The notes under the pieces were generated by a model, which did not search any database, was not told where the DNA came from, and saw nothing but the letters and a program-made list of their open reading frames with translations. Positions 34,002 through 44,141 of a stretch of DNA of 64,000 nt are shown piece after piece (the stretch's first letter is position 1; the number at the start of each line of letters is the position of its first letter). The stretch lies in the NCBI GenBank assembly GCA_963796455.1, contig CAWCLO010000001.1:768001-832000 (forward strand). Direction: 5' to 3'. The translations under genes were made by a program, and so were the position numbers. Source of the DNA: Candidatus Sulfomarinibacteraceae bacterium. GTDB taxonomy: Bacteria; Acidobacteriota; Thermoanaerobaculia; Thermoanaerobaculales; Sulfomarinibacteraceae.

Positions 34002-34083
34002 TCGTTGATCGTCGAAACCAGTGGGCCGGAGGCCACCGCCGGATCAATACCGACGGTGCCGAGGATCATCGGCATCGCTGTGC
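34002..34083 (-). pseudogene. mgtE: C-terminal fragment of an MgtE magnesium transporter
   Basis: TAMPMILGTVGIDPAVASGPLVSTIN matches the MgtE DPA.asgP..tt..D motif; the rest of the gene is absent. Confidence 0.65.
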
Positions 34084-34116
34084 AAGGCCGGCTAGCCTCA
34101 CCAAGTTTGATTTCAA

Positions 34117-34191
34117 TGGAGCCAACGGTCGGATTTGAACCGACGACCTGCTCATTACGAGTGAGCTGCTCTACCCCTGAGCTACGTTGGC
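34117..34191 (-). tRNA. tRNA-Thr (CGT)
   Basis: GCCAACG acceptor, TAGCTCAG D-arm, GCTCA-CTCGTAA-TGAGC anticodon arm, GGTTCAAATCC T-arm, encoded CCA; 75 nt. Confidence 0.97.
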
Positions 34192-34237
34192 GCGGAGGGA
34201 ACTCTAGCATCGGTCAGCACGAGTGGCAATACCAATG

Positions 34238-34357
34238 GAAAGGGGGAGAGGGAGAAAGGGGGAAAGGGAGAAGGAGATACCGATCAATCCACCCGCCAGC
34301 CGCAGAGCGATATCACCCTTTCTTCCCTGCTCCCTTTCTCCCTTTCTCCCTTTCTCA
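34238..34357. repeat. Inverted pair of purine-rich and pyrimidine-rich 8-9-mer repeats
   Basis: GGGAGAAA-type repeats on the left and TTTCTCCC repeats on the right, around a core of about 40 nt. Confidence 0.6.
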
Positions 34358-34387
34358 CTCTTCGGAACACGCAGCCTCCAGTCACTA

Positions 34388-35521
34388 TCAGTGGTTCACG
34401 GCGGGAGAACGGAGCGTGATGCGATAAATCTCCGAGGGAGCAAACAGCCTCATCGGCGGTCCCCACTGGCCGGCCCCGCGGCAGACGACCTGCGTCATGT
34501 TGCCAACCCGGCGGACTCCCGACAGATGGGGAAAGACGCGCTGCACCAGATAGTGAGCGGGCCAGATTTGAGCCCCGTGGGTATGGCCGTCAAGCATCAA
34601 CCCGACCCCGGCTGCGGCAATTGCCTGCTCGTTGCCCGGTGCATGCTGGAGGTAGATCACCGCGGCATCAGGCTCCACCTGCGACATGGCTCGTTCGAAG
34701 AGCTGAAGTGGGCCTTCAGCCCCCCAACCTCGTGCGCCATCGGGAATCCCCGCCACCCACAGACCGGGGTTGATCTCTGCAGCCGACCCGTCAAGGACGT
34801 GAAACCCGGCACGCCGCATGAAGCCGATGGATCCCTCGGCGCCGGCATAGATGTCGTGATTGCCGAGGATGGAATAGACACCCAGAGGGGCCGTCAACCG
34901 GCCCATCAGAGGGACCAGCGGCTCCACCGACTCGGCATCGGAATCGATCAGATCTCCGGTGATGACCACCACATCCGGTCGCATGCCCTCGATCCGGGAA
35001 ATGACCGATGCCAATCGCCGAAACCCGATGAGGGACCCGAGATGAAGATCGGAGAGCTGGACGACCACCAACCCATCGGCCGCAGCAGGCAGATTCGCCA
35101 TCTCGACCTCGATATCGACCGTTCTGGGTGCAACCACACCACCGAGCCATGCCAATCCGGCCAGGACCAGGGCCACCGCCAACGCGCCGAAGCGGAGAGG
35201 GATCACCCACGCCTTCAGGACCAGGCCGAAGAGGGTCACGGTATCGATCACGGCCAACGCCGGGACCAAAAGCATCAGGGACCCCATCCAAACGGCGCCG
35301 AGATACTCAAGCAACCAACCGAGGGTGGTCCAACCGTTGTGCCCCAGGATGCGCCCTGCCGGATAAAGCACGAACCCCAGAGCAAGAACAAGCAGCAATA
35401 TCCGGTGTCCACTGTTGCCGTGGATCAAGGGCCACAACCGCCACCCAACGTAGAGGTGGAAGAGCAGCCAGACGGTCAGCACAAAGGAGAAAAAGCTCAC
35501 GATTTGCAGTGATCGACCCAT
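34388..35521 (-). CDS. Membrane-bound metallophosphoesterase (YkuE-like)
   Basis: Four TMs; SDLH, TGD.ID, GNHD, GHTH. Confidence 0.92.
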   Translation of the reverse strand: MGRSLQIVSFFSFVLTVWLLFHLYVGWRLWPLIHGNSGHRILLLVLALGFVLYPAGRILGHNGWTTLGWLLEYLGAVWMGSLMLLVPALAVIDTVTLFGLVLKAWVIPLRFGALAVALVLAGLAWLGGVVAPRTVDIEVEMANLPAAADGLVVVQLSDLHLGSLIGFRRLASVISRIEGMRPDVVVITGDLIDSDAESVEPLVPLMGRLTAPLGVYSILGNHDIYAGAEGSIGFMRRAGFHVLDGSAAEINPGLWVAGIPDGARGWGAEGPLQLFERAMSQVEPDAAVIYLQHAPGNEQAIAAAGVGLMLDGHTHGAQIWPAHYLVQRVFPHLSGVRRVGNMTQVVCRGAGQWGPPMRLFAPSEIYRITLRSPAVNH

Positions 35522-35597
35522 CGCCTCTTGCAACCAGGGGGGGTCTTCGAAATATTGCCGGTCGGCCCCAGAGTGCGGCCCCTCGGGGGCCGGACTC

Positions 35598-36209
35598 TCA
35601 GTTGCACCACCCGTGCTCCTCGGCGTGGAGGGCGGTGACGACGCGATAGGCGGGGAAATAGGTCATCTGGTAGCTCTGACTGTGATGGATCGCCGGAAAA
35701 CCCGTCTTTGCCATTTTCGTGCGCAGCCGGCCGAGCCCGTCCGCCTTGTCGACTTCGCCGATTGATTGCAGCCAGGTCTCCGTGATCTCCAGAGCCTGCT
35801 CCATTTCGGCCGGTGTCCCGTGAACCTCGTCGGCAGAAGCGACAAATGCCGCCAGCAAGGCCGCGAGATCATGGCCGCGGGCGACGAAGGGCCGAAGGTT
35901 GACGCGAACGATCTTCGGTTCCCCACCCATGGCCAGGCACGGGCGTTCCCCCACCATCTGCGGACCGAGCCCGCTCACCTCCTCCATGAGGTATTGCTCG
36001 GCGGCCTCCGGATCGGGAATCGCGTGACCGGGACCGAAGATGGCCTGATAGAGACCCTTGTAGATATCCTCCGCCTGACTGGCCGGGTGCGATCCGAAAT
36101 TGAAGGCCAGGGCCTGGAGGGCGGAGGTCACCCCGGTGTCCTGAGCCGATACCAGCGAGCAGCTCAACATCAGCAGACCGAAAACGACCGAGCGGGTCCG
36201 ATGGTTCAC
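35598..36209 (-). CDS. Secreted conserved hypothetical protein
   Basis: Signal peptide; DIYKGLYQAIFGPGH, RVNLRPF, HHS..Y...Y.PAYRVV. Confidence 0.7.
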   Translation of the reverse strand: MNHRTRSVVFGLLMLSCSLVSAQDTGVTSALQALAFNFGSHPASQAEDIYKGLYQAIFGPGHAIPDPEAAEQYLMEEVSGLGPQMVGERPCLAMGGEPKIVRVNLRPFVARGHDLAALLAAFVASADEVHGTPAEMEQALEITETWLQSIGEVDKADGLGRLRTKMAKTGFPAIHHSQSYQMTYFPAYRVVTALHAEEHGWCN

Positions 36210-36757
36210 AATTCGAGACGCTCGACGAAGGGTTCGTAGGTCATGAAGTCCGCGTGGTGCACGAGCCAGGCCTCGGTCGTGCGCGCAACCATATTGCCCT
36301 CACCGGCGTGGGTGGCAATGATGTGGCAGACCGCATCGGGCAGCCCACACTCCATCGCCACCGAGACTCCAGTGAAAGGATGGCGGAGGTATTTTCCGCG
36401 CGCACTCGCACGGCTGCCGCCTTCGCCATCGTCCTCGTACTCGAGGAGCTTGCCAACATCTGCCAGGATGGCTCCGGAAATCACCACATCCAGATCCACC
36501 GGCAGCGCCTCATCAAAGAACTTGTCCACCGTGAGGGCGGCGTCTCGCGCGACGTGAACCACCGCTCTCTTGTGGGCCATAAAGGTCACCGGACAGTTCG
36601 GGACCTTGAGGGTGAAGGGAATGCGCTCGAGATCCGCCGGCTCGAGCGGCGATTTTTCGAAGGCCAGAACCCAACAATCGGCAGTCTTTTCGCGCAGGGT
36701 TTCGTCGCCGATCCATTCGAGTTCGGGCCAGATTCGTTTGACTTCGTCTCGCAGCAT
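36206..36757 (-). CDS. HD-superfamily (HDIG-like) protein
   Basis: ILADVGK (HD position reads AD), RHPFTG, HIIATH, HHADF. Confidence 0.8.
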   Translation of the reverse strand: MLRDEVKRIWPELEWIGDETLREKTADCWVLAFEKSPLEPADLERIPFTLKVPNCPVTFMAHKRAVVHVARDAALTVDKFFDEALPVDLDVVISGAILADVGKLLEYEDDGEGGSRASARGKYLRHPFTGVSVAMECGLPDAVCHIIATHAGEGNMVARTTEAWLVHHADFMTYEPFVERLEL

Positions 36758-36788
36758 GGCAGCCTCCGCCGCGAGAATACCCTGGGAG

Positions 36789-36816
36789 TTCGGAATTCGG
36801 AATTCGGAATTCGGAA
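36789..36816. repeat. (TTCGGAA)4 heptamer repeat, with an ATCTGCG-type repeat nearby at 36895-36921
   Basis: Seen directly. Confidence 0.85.
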
Positions 36817-36958
36817 TTTTTTTGAGTCACCCTTCTTCGATTCCAAACTTTGATCGAGAAAGTGGATGCAGACGACGAGGAATCAGGTCGTTGTATCTGC
36901 GCTCATCTGCGTGATCTGCGGTTTCTCCGCGTCGCGAATTTTGCATCCAATCGAAGGT

Positions 36959-38218
36959 TCACTCCACCAAAGCGTAGGTGTCCGAAAAGGGAAGATCCTT
37001 GCCACAGGGGCGTTGCACGGCACCCCCGGTTTTTTCGATCAACTGCAGCAACCAGGATTGCTGGAGCGAACGCCACCCGAGTTCGTCCCACCCGGATCGC
37101 GGTGCCGCGATGCAGAACAACACCTGCTCCCGCTCCTTCGAGGTATAAAAACCGCCGAGAACCGCAACCCCGCCATCGGTGGTGGTCAGAGTGCCCGTCT
37201 TGACGACCACGCTCCCCTGGCGCTTGGAAACCGCCAACTTCGGAAACTTCCGATCCGTCGATCCGGGATCACAGCCGATCACCGGCAGCAGTTCAGACGG
37301 CGCCAAGCCCATCCCGGCGACCGTCTCGAGGAAGGCCCTCAGGAGACGAACCCCGTTTCGAGCCGTGAGACGGTTTCTCCCCTCACCCGAGGCGGAGCTC
37401 AGTTCGATCAAAGCGGTCGGCTGACCGAGGCGTTCTTCAAGAAAGTCTTCCAGATCCGCGACACCGCCGAGGCCCTCGGCAATTCGAATGATGTCGTTGT
37501 TGGAATAGACATTGAATCGTCTGAGAAGCACATGGAGAGGATTGGACAGGTGGGTCACGACCGGTTCCCACTCAGCCGGAGCGCCCGGCCGAACGGATCC
37601 GACGATATCGATTTTTGGTGGTTTAAAGGGATCCCAACCCCGCCGCTCACATACCGCTGTCCACGCCGCGATGGTGGTGTTATCCCAACGCCGGGGATCG
37701 AGGGCCATCCGCAGCCGCCTGCCCATCAACTCGACCCGGTCGCGTGGGTCGGAAACCGCCTTGGCGACTCCGTTTTCCCAACCCATCCAGAAATCACCAT
37801 CGATGCGGATCCAACCCTCGACTCTCGTGAGACCGAGATCATTGAGACGGCGGGCCACCAGAAAGAGATTCTCGGCCTGGAAATCGGGGTCACCAAGGCC
37901 CTGTACTACCAGCGACCCAACGAGGCGTCCGGTCTCTTTTTCCCAATCTCCTGCGATCCCGAAGACGGTGCGGTATCGATATTCCTTGCCGAGACTTTCA
38001 AGGGCCCACAACGAGGTTCCAACCTTGACCAGGGATGCCGGATTGAAGGGAATATCCGCCGCTCGGCTGTCAATCACCTCGCCGCCCAAAGTTTCGGCAT
38101 GAAAACGCAGTCGATCACGATCAGCAGCCGAGACGACTCCGGCGAACGCCAGGACAAGCACCACCAGGCCTTGAATCGACCGTGACACGGCCCGGGAGCC
38201 CTTGACGTCACTCGTCAT
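36959..38218 (-). CDS. D-Ala-D-Ala carboxypeptidase/endopeptidase (S13, DacB/PBP4-like)
   Basis: FNPASLVK (SxxK), GLGDP, SNN, KTGT; signal peptide; start 38218 or 38188. Confidence 0.82.
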   Translation of the reverse strand: MTSDVKGSRAVSRSIQGLVVLVLAFAGVVSAADRDRLRFHAETLGGEVIDSRAADIPFNPASLVKVGTSLWALESLGKEYRYRTVFGIAGDWEKETGRLVGSLVVQGLGDPDFQAENLFLVARRLNDLGLTRVEGWIRIDGDFWMGWENGVAKAVSDPRDRVELMGRRLRMALDPRRWDNTTIAAWTAVCERRGWDPFKPPKIDIVGSVRPGAPAEWEPVVTHLSNPLHVLLRRFNVYSNNDIIRIAEGLGGVADLEDFLEERLGQPTALIELSSASGEGRNRLTARNGVRLLRAFLETVAGMGLAPSELLPVIGCDPGSTDRKFPKLAVSKRQGSVVVKTGTLTTTDGGVAVLGGFYTSKEREQVLFCIAAPRSGWDELGWRSLQQSWLLQLIEKTGGAVQRPCGKDLPFSDTYALVE

Positions 38219-39623
38219 AAAGCAGGCGATCGGCGAGAGCCGACCGCAACAGATGATCACCATCGAGCCGGCCCTTGATCTCGGCAAATCGTTCGAGTTG
38301 GCCGTCGCGGAAGGTGTCCCGGTACATCCGAGCGGGCAGGGCGGCGTCTTTGGCGGGGTAGAAACGACCTCCGGCGGCGACCACCGGTCCCGCCATTTCG
38401 CGGACCATGGCCCACAGTTTTTCCCTACCTCCGGCAGGAACCGGGAAATCCATCGCGAGCGAGAATCCGTCGACCGCGTGGCTGAGCAAGAAATCATCGG
38501 GCCGGTGCCGTTTGAGAACCACGAGGAAGGAGGGCATGCCGCACTCGTGGCATACCTCGAGCTGGTTGCGAAAGACGTCCAGGGCCTTGTCCTTGGGAAC
38601 AAAACTCTGGTGTTGGATGAGACCGCCCGGTTTGTAAACGAGCTTCCAGTCGGGGACGTAATCAAGAAGGAATGAGAACCCGGCGAGTGATTGCCGATAG
38701 GTCGAGTTGTTGCCGATGGTGTTGCCGGCAAAATTCTTCGCAGAATTGATCAACTGCATGCCGGGGCGGTTGGTGAAGGGTTTGAGGAAGCGCCACATCA
38801 TGGACTTCGGCACCACCCCGAACATTTTTGACGGAAGATCCTGCCCTGCCGTGCTGAGGCTGGTGGCGGGATCGGGATCCTCATCGGCCCGAATGTGACG
38901 TGCAAAGTGGAGCAGGCCGCGACCGAGTTTCGAGCCTTTGGCAAAGGCGTCGATCCACCCGACCACGTACTCCCATTCATCTTTGGCCTCGTCCGTCAAT
39001 CGAAGCATGGCTTCCAGATCGGGCGCCGCCACCGCCTTGACCTCGACCAGCCCCGAGTGGACCTTTTTCAATTGCAGACGAGCACGAGTGATGATCCCCA
39101 ACTGTCCAAAGGAGCCCAGCACCGCGTGAAAAAGCTCGTTGTCGCTGCCGGGCGAGATGGTCACGGCCTCGCCGTTCGGCATGACCAGATCGAATTCGAG
39201 GCAGTGTTCACCGATGGTGCCGCGTTGCCAGTTGTTTTTGCCGTGGACATTCATCGCCAGGGCGCCACCGATGGTGGGCTCCATGGTTCCGGTGACCACC
39301 GGCGGCCACCAGCCGTCTGCGATGGTCATCCGCCACAACGCGCGCAGGCTGACCCCCGGTTCGACATCCACGATGCCGGTCTCGGGTTCCCAATCGAGAA
39401 CCCTGCCCAATTGCGAACAATCAAGCACCACCGATTCTGCGCGGAGGGCCGCGTCGCCATAGGAACAACCGGAGCCCCGCAGCACGACCGAAGTGCCGGA
39501 TGTTCGAGCGGCCTCGAGCGCCTCGGCCACCCCGGCCGCATCCTGCGGTCGGTAAACATAGCCGGCTGCTCCGACAGCCATGCCCCATCCTTCGACCCAT
39601 TCGACACGTTCTGCGCTCAACAT
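38208..39623 (-). CDS. FAD-binding oxidoreductase, DprE1-like
   Basis: RGSGCSYGDAA, PPVVTGT..PTIGG, NVHGKN, GFSLAMDF, GGRFYPAKD. Confidence 0.85.
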   Translation of the reverse strand: MLSAERVEWVEGWGMAVGAAGYVYRPQDAAGVAEALEAARTSGTSVVLRGSGCSYGDAALRAESVVLDCSQLGRVLDWEPETGIVDVEPGVSLRALWRMTIADGWWPPVVTGTMEPTIGGALAMNVHGKNNWQRGTIGEHCLEFDLVMPNGEAVTISPGSDNELFHAVLGSFGQLGIITRARLQLKKVHSGLVEVKAVAAPDLEAMLRLTDEAKDEWEYVVGWIDAFAKGSKLGRGLLHFARHIRADEDPDPATSLSTAGQDLPSKMFGVVPKSMMWRFLKPFTNRPGMQLINSAKNFAGNTIGNNSTYRQSLAGFSFLLDYVPDWKLVYKPGGLIQHQSFVPKDKALDVFRNQLEVCHECGMPSFLVVLKRHRPDDFLLSHAVDGFSLAMDFPVPAGGREKLWAMVREMAGPVVAAGGRFYPAKDAALPARMYRDTFRDGQLERFAEIKGRLDGDHLLRSALADRLLYDE

Positions 39624-39625
39624 CT

Positions 39626-40381
39626 TCAAATCCCCAACCGGGTGAAGATGAACGAAGGAATCGATCGGATAATGGTCATCACCACCCGCCAGCGGGCCGG
39701 AACATAGGCCGTCACCACACCTCGTCGCGCCTTTGTCAGGATGATCTCGGCGGCGCGATCGGCCGAAATCAGCCAGAAAAGGCCTTCCTTGCCCCGGGTC
39801 ATGGGGGTGTCGACAAACCCGGGTTTGATCGTCACCACCCGGACTCCCAACCGCGTGACCCGATTCCGGAGCGCCTCCAAATAGGCGTGGAATCCGGCTT
39901 TTGACGCGCAGTAGACCGGGTTGGGCGCCCGTCCGCGATCTCCAGCCACCGAGCCGATCCCGACGACCGTTCCCTGGCCGAGGCGCGCAAAACGATCGGC
40001 GGCTGGGTTGAGCCATGCAACAGCGCCCAAGAAATTGACGTCAATCATCTGTTGATCTTTGTTTGTATCGAACTCATCCGGCGCCACCTCCGGCATCGCG
40101 CCGGCAGCGTAGATCACCAGATCGAGACCGCCGATCGCGCGCGCGATTTCCTGAAAAAGCTCCGGGATCTCTTGCCTTGAAATGACATCGTGGGTGATCG
40201 CCACCGCGCGATCCTCACCGGCGGCAGAGTTGATGTCATCCATGATGGTGCGCAGCTCGTTTTCCCGGCGCGCCACCATCGCCACGCGAGTGCCACCAAC
40301 TGCGAGCCGGCGCGCCAGCGCCTCGCCAATCCCCGACGAAGCTCCCACCACCAGGGCATGTTGGAATCCGAACTCAGCCAC
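39626..40381 (-). CDS. SDR oxidoreductase, DprE2-like
   Basis: VVGASSGIG, SVAGDRGR..N..YCASK, KPGFVDTPMT; directly upstream of the DprE1-like gene. Confidence 0.85.
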   Translation of the reverse strand: MAEFGFQHALVVGASSGIGEALARRLAVGGTRVAMVARRENELRTIMDDINSAAGEDRAVAITHDVISRQEIPELFQEIARAIGGLDLVIYAAGAMPEVAPDEFDTNKDQQMIDVNFLGAVAWLNPAADRFARLGQGTVVGIGSVAGDRGRAPNPVYCASKAGFHAYLEALRNRVTRLGVRVVTIKPGFVDTPMTRGKEGLFWLISADRAAEIILTKARRGVVTAYVPARWRVVMTIIRSIPSFIFTRLGI

Positions 40382-40465
40382 ACGCTCCTCCTTGGGCCAT
40401 CATCATGACGCCTCTAGGATTATCCCACGACCCGAAATCGGCGTTGATCCGGTGATCTGACCAGA

Positions 40466-42319
40466 TCAGGCCTCGGGCTCGTCGACCAGCAGCGTTAAAC
40501 CCGCTTTTTCCTCGGCGACCAGGGCGTCGTAGGCCGCACCGGAGACCCTTTTCTGCAGCTTGTCCGAGACTGCCAGAACCATCGGGAAGCCTTCCCAGCC
40601 GAGTTGCTCACCGCTTTTTTCGATCACCACCCTGCCGTCGGCTATGAGGCTGCTCGCCTCGGCCAGCGGACGCCCGGCAAACAGGGATTCCAGGGTCTGG
40701 ATGACGGCTTCGTGGTCGGGATTGAGAAACTGGACCCGGCGACGGCTCTGGATCGCCACGTGATAGCTGGCCGGGACATAGTAGATCCCGTCGAGTTCGA
40801 GAATTTCGGCCACCGCCACCAGCAGTCCAAAGACGTCTTTGAGCAGCCCCAAGCCGGGGTGATTCTGACCGGGAAGCTGTTGTTGGTAGGGCCCGAAATG
40901 AGCCCGTGGGTTCTGCAGCAACAACCACTCGATCACGAGCATCTCGCACCCGCTGACCACCCGAGCGCTGCGGTTGACTCGAAGCTCCACCAACAGCTCA
41001 CGGTGATCCGGATGCGAGTAGACGCGGAGCGTGTCGCCGATGCTGCCGGTGAGATCGACCTCGACCGAGGGGTGGCGGAAACCCCGCAAACGAAGCTGAT
41101 CGAGCAACCCAAGGCGTTCCAGAAGCAACTCGATTCCGTGCTGCGAAAAGTGCCCGAGAAACCGCGTTCTGCGCGGCGCTTCCGGAAGCACCCCCACCAG
41201 ATCCTCCTCGGTCAATTGCCATGCAAAGCCCGACGGCTCCGACGTCAGATCCGAAGGATTGATCGAACTGCGAATCCGTCTGAAACGGCGAAGAATCATC
41301 TCGGCATTGTCGGGTGTCCTGGCCACCGTTCCGGAAATCAGCCAGGAAAAGAACCTCGCACTGTAGCGCCAACTGCCGCCCCCATAACCACCTGCGAGAA
41401 CGATGACCAGGGGAACCCGCCGACGCGCCCGCCGCAGGAGCTCGACCACCAACCGGTCGCGACGGAACATCCCGTCAGCAGTGATTTTCCAGTTCCCGAG
41501 TTTGTCGTCGATGGCCGGGTCCGTGCCCGCTACGTAGATGACCAGCCCGGGCCGAACCTTCGAGCCAACATCAGGGAGAGTCTTGAGCAGGGTGCCGAGA
41601 TAGACCTCATCACCGACCTCGTCACCGAGGGCGATCGAGGTCGAGGCCTCGGCCTCTGTTTCGCTCCAGTGATGGTTGTGAACCGAGTAGGTATGAACCG
41701 TTGAGTCGTGAGCAAAAACCTCGCGGGTCCCGTTGCCGTCGTGGATATCGAGATCGACAACCAGGATGGGTTCTTTGAAGCCCTTGGCCCGCAGCCGCGC
41801 GATGGCGATGGCGATATCGTTGAAAATGCAGAAGCCCATGCCCTTGTCGCGCGAGGCGTGGTGGAAGCCGCCACCGAGGTTGATGGCCACCGATCTGCTC
41901 TGAAGGGCCAGACGCGTGGCCAGAATCGTCCCGCCCACTCCCACCCGTTGGTGGTCGATCATTCGCTCGGCATCCGCATCGCTGATCTTCTCCCCGAAAA
42001 TCCTCTCGGTCACCGCAGGGTCTTGACCGATAGCATCCACATATTCGGGGTCGTGGACCCGCAGCAGGCTGCGCACCGCCGGTCGCCGGGGAAGCGAGAT
42101 GTCATCGCGATCGAGCAGCCCCTCGTCGACCAGAAAACCGAGGATCTTCGCCCCCCGCATCGGATCGAGAGGCGCCCCGTCAAGGGTTTGTCCATAGAGA
42201 TCGTGGTAGATGAAACGAACCGACGAGGAGGACCACCGCCGCCTGATTTGCCGCCAGCCCCGCCGGAAGGCGCGACCAAACCGCATGATCGGGTTCACCG
42301 GCGCGGGATGGGTGTCCAT
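40466..42319 (-). CDS. Histone deacetylase family protein with an extra C-terminal domain of about 280 aa
   Basis: GGGFHHA, GFCIFND, DLDIHDGNG, GTDP, LAGGY; C-terminal domain with EWLLLQNP...LPGQNHPGLG. Confidence 0.85.
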   Translation of the reverse strand: MDTHPAPVNPIMRFGRAFRRGWRQIRRRWSSSSVRFIYHDLYGQTLDGAPLDPMRGAKILGFLVDEGLLDRDDISLPRRPAVRSLLRVHDPEYVDAIGQDPAVTERIFGEKISDADAERMIDHQRVGVGGTILATRLALQSRSVAINLGGGFHHASRDKGMGFCIFNDIAIAIARLRAKGFKEPILVVDLDIHDGNGTREVFAHDSTVHTYSVHNHHWSETEAEASTSIALGDEVGDEVYLGTLLKTLPDVGSKVRPGLVIYVAGTDPAIDDKLGNWKITADGMFRRDRLVVELLRRARRRVPLVIVLAGGYGGGSWRYSARFFSWLISGTVARTPDNAEMILRRFRRIRSSINPSDLTSEPSGFAWQLTEEDLVGVLPEAPRRTRFLGHFSQHGIELLLERLGLLDQLRLRGFRHPSVEVDLTGSIGDTLRVYSHPDHRELLVELRVNRSARVVSGCEMLVIEWLLLQNPRAHFGPYQQQLPGQNHPGLGLLKDVFGLLVAVAEILELDGIYYVPASYHVAIQSRRRVQFLNPDHEAVIQTLESLFAGRPLAEASSLIADGRVVIEKSGEQLGWEGFPMVLAVSDKLQKRVSGAAYDALVAEEKAGLTLLVDEPEA

Positions 42320-42425
42320 GGGGAAAGGATAGTCCGAGAATGAAGAATTAGGAATGAGGAATTCGAAGTTCGGAGTTCGGAGTTCGGAATATTGAGGTTT
42401 GAGTTTATCGAGGGCACCGGTCTGG

Positions 42426-43310
42426 CTAGAGCTGCTCGATCTTGTAGCCTCGCGATTTGAGTTCGCTGATCAGACCCTTTTCTCCGACAAGATGGAGGCC
42501 GCCTACGACCACGAGGGCATCGGTGGTGCCCGCAAGGAGCATTTCGATCGGCACCATCCACTCCTGGTTGCGGTCGCTCACCATTTTCGTGAAAACGGTC
42601 GGAAACTCCTCGAAACCGTCCAACAACAGCTTCTCGACGGGTTCCACCTCCCCCACTCTCCAGTGGGCCGAGAGCTCATCGAGCTCCGCAATCATGGACT
42701 TCAAATCGACCAGGGTGTACTCGAGGAAGGCGAGGCTCTGCTCCGCCGTCAGATCGGCAAAGAGACTGACTTGAAAATCAACGGTTTCAAGGGGCACGCG
42801 GTCTTTTCCGTCCTTGCCCGCGCGTTGCGAGAAATAGGAGTCGAGACCCTTTGCCGGCAGATACCCTGCACCCATCATCTCGAGTACGGTGAGGTTGAGC
42901 GCAGCCATCCACGGCTTCATGACCTGGAACATCTCCGCAGGGAAGCCCTTCGCATCGAGGTGGCTCTTGAAATCCGCCCAGATCACGGGCCCGACCAGCG
43001 TTTCCAGACGTTGCCCGTCTGCGAGGCTTCCGGCCGCCAGCATCTTCGCGGCTGCAGTGTTCATCTCGTCGAGATTGACCTCGAACACGACCGTATTGAC
43101 GGCGTCGTAGGCCTTTTCCATCGCTGCGGGCAACGGATAGGATTCCTCTTTCATCGCGTGAATCGATCCCAACAGATACACCGAAGCAGTTGGACTCGAA
43201 GCACGCCAGAGAAAAGTCTTTTCAGCCGCGGTCGCCGGAGCCGGCGCCACCAGCACCGCTCCCCCGAAACCCAAAACCGCCAGCGACACCATCAACATTC
43301 GATTGCTCAT
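42426..43310 (-). CDS. TraB/GumN family protein
   Basis: Signal peptide; [39 protein letters not shown]. Confidence 0.92.
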   Translation of the reverse strand: MSNRMLMVSLAVLGFGGAVLVAPAPATAAEKTFLWRASSPTASVYLLGSIHAMKEESYPLPAAMEKAYDAVNTVVFEVNLDEMNTAAAKMLAAGSLADGQRLETLVGPVIWADFKSHLDAKGFPAEMFQVMKPWMAALNLTVLEMMGAGYLPAKGLDSYFSQRAGKDGKDRVPLETVDFQVSLFADLTAEQSLAFLEYTLVDLKSMIAELDELSAHWRVGEVEPVEKLLLDGFEEFPTVFTKMVSDRNQEWMVPIEMLLAGTTDALVVVGGLHLVGEKGLISELKSRGYKIEQL

Positions 43311-43482
43311 CAATCCTCCCAAATACCAAAACCAGTGTATCGGCCTCGAGGCCTCGCGCCGCCCATCTGCTGAGGATTTACCGATCTTTGACGTGGCTGG
43401 GACAAGGCGGGGACCGCATTTTCTGCTGCATGATATGGTGTATCAACGACGATCGAAACTGTCCACTACGGGAGAAATACTT

Positions 43483-43998
43483 ATGGCAAACCCCAGTGCG
43501 AAATTTGAAACATCGATGGGAAATTTTACGGTCGAGATCTTTCTTGACGAGATGCCGACGACGGCGGGCAACTTCATCGCCCTCGCCAACGACGGCTTTT
43601 ATGACGGGCTCCATTTTCACCGCGTCATCAAAAAATTCATGATCCAGTTCGGGTGCCCGCACTCGAAGGATCCGGAAAGCTCGCGGGCCGGCACCGGCGG
43701 ACCTCCCCATGGCACCATTGCGGACGAACATCTGGAGAACGCAAAATTCTCGAACGAGCCGGGCACCCTGTCGATGGCGAACACCGGCCGCCCCAACAGC
43801 GGCGGGTCCCAGTTCTTCATCAACACCGCAAAAAACAGCTTCCTCGACTGGTTCAGCGCTGGGCAATCCAAACACCCGGTCTTTGGCAAGGTGACCGAGG
43901 GCATGGATGTGGTGCAGGCTATCGAGGCCACCAAGACCAATGCCCAGGATCGACCTCTGACCCCGGTGAAGGTGGAGAAGATCACCATCAGCACCTAG
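43483..43998 (+). CDS. Cyclophilin-type peptidyl-prolyl isomerase
   Basis: [43 protein letters not shown]. Confidence 0.95.
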   Translation: MANPSAKFETSMGNFTVEIFLDEMPTTAGNFIALANDGFYDGLHFHRVIKKFMIQFGCPHSKDPESSRAGTGGPPHGTIADEHLENAKFSNEPGTLSMANTGRPNSGGSQFFINTAKNSFLDWFSAGQSKHPVFGKVTEGMDVVQAIEATKTNAQDRPLTPVKVEKITIST

Positions 43999-44141
43999 CG
44001 AGGCAGGATACTGGATGCTGGATCACTGCTGTCCAAAACAGATGGTCATGAAGTTTCCCACCTGACAACACGTGGTTTACGGGTTGGTTTTTGGAAAACC
44101 CAGTTCGCGGTTGCCCCGTGCCCGTGTCCGCGTCCGAATTA

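Larger units (their letters stand above)
19948..34116. mobile_element. Genomic island B adjacent to tRNA-Thr: anion transport and signalling cluster
   Basis: Bounded by the intact tRNA 3' end and its copy at 19900; mgtE remnant at the border; no integrase seen. Confidence 0.65.

Noticed and set aside
38219..40016. Extended N-termini of ORFs 36959..38731 and 38208..40016
   Set aside because: The extensions overlap the upstream genes in another frame; likely starts are near 38218 and 39623.
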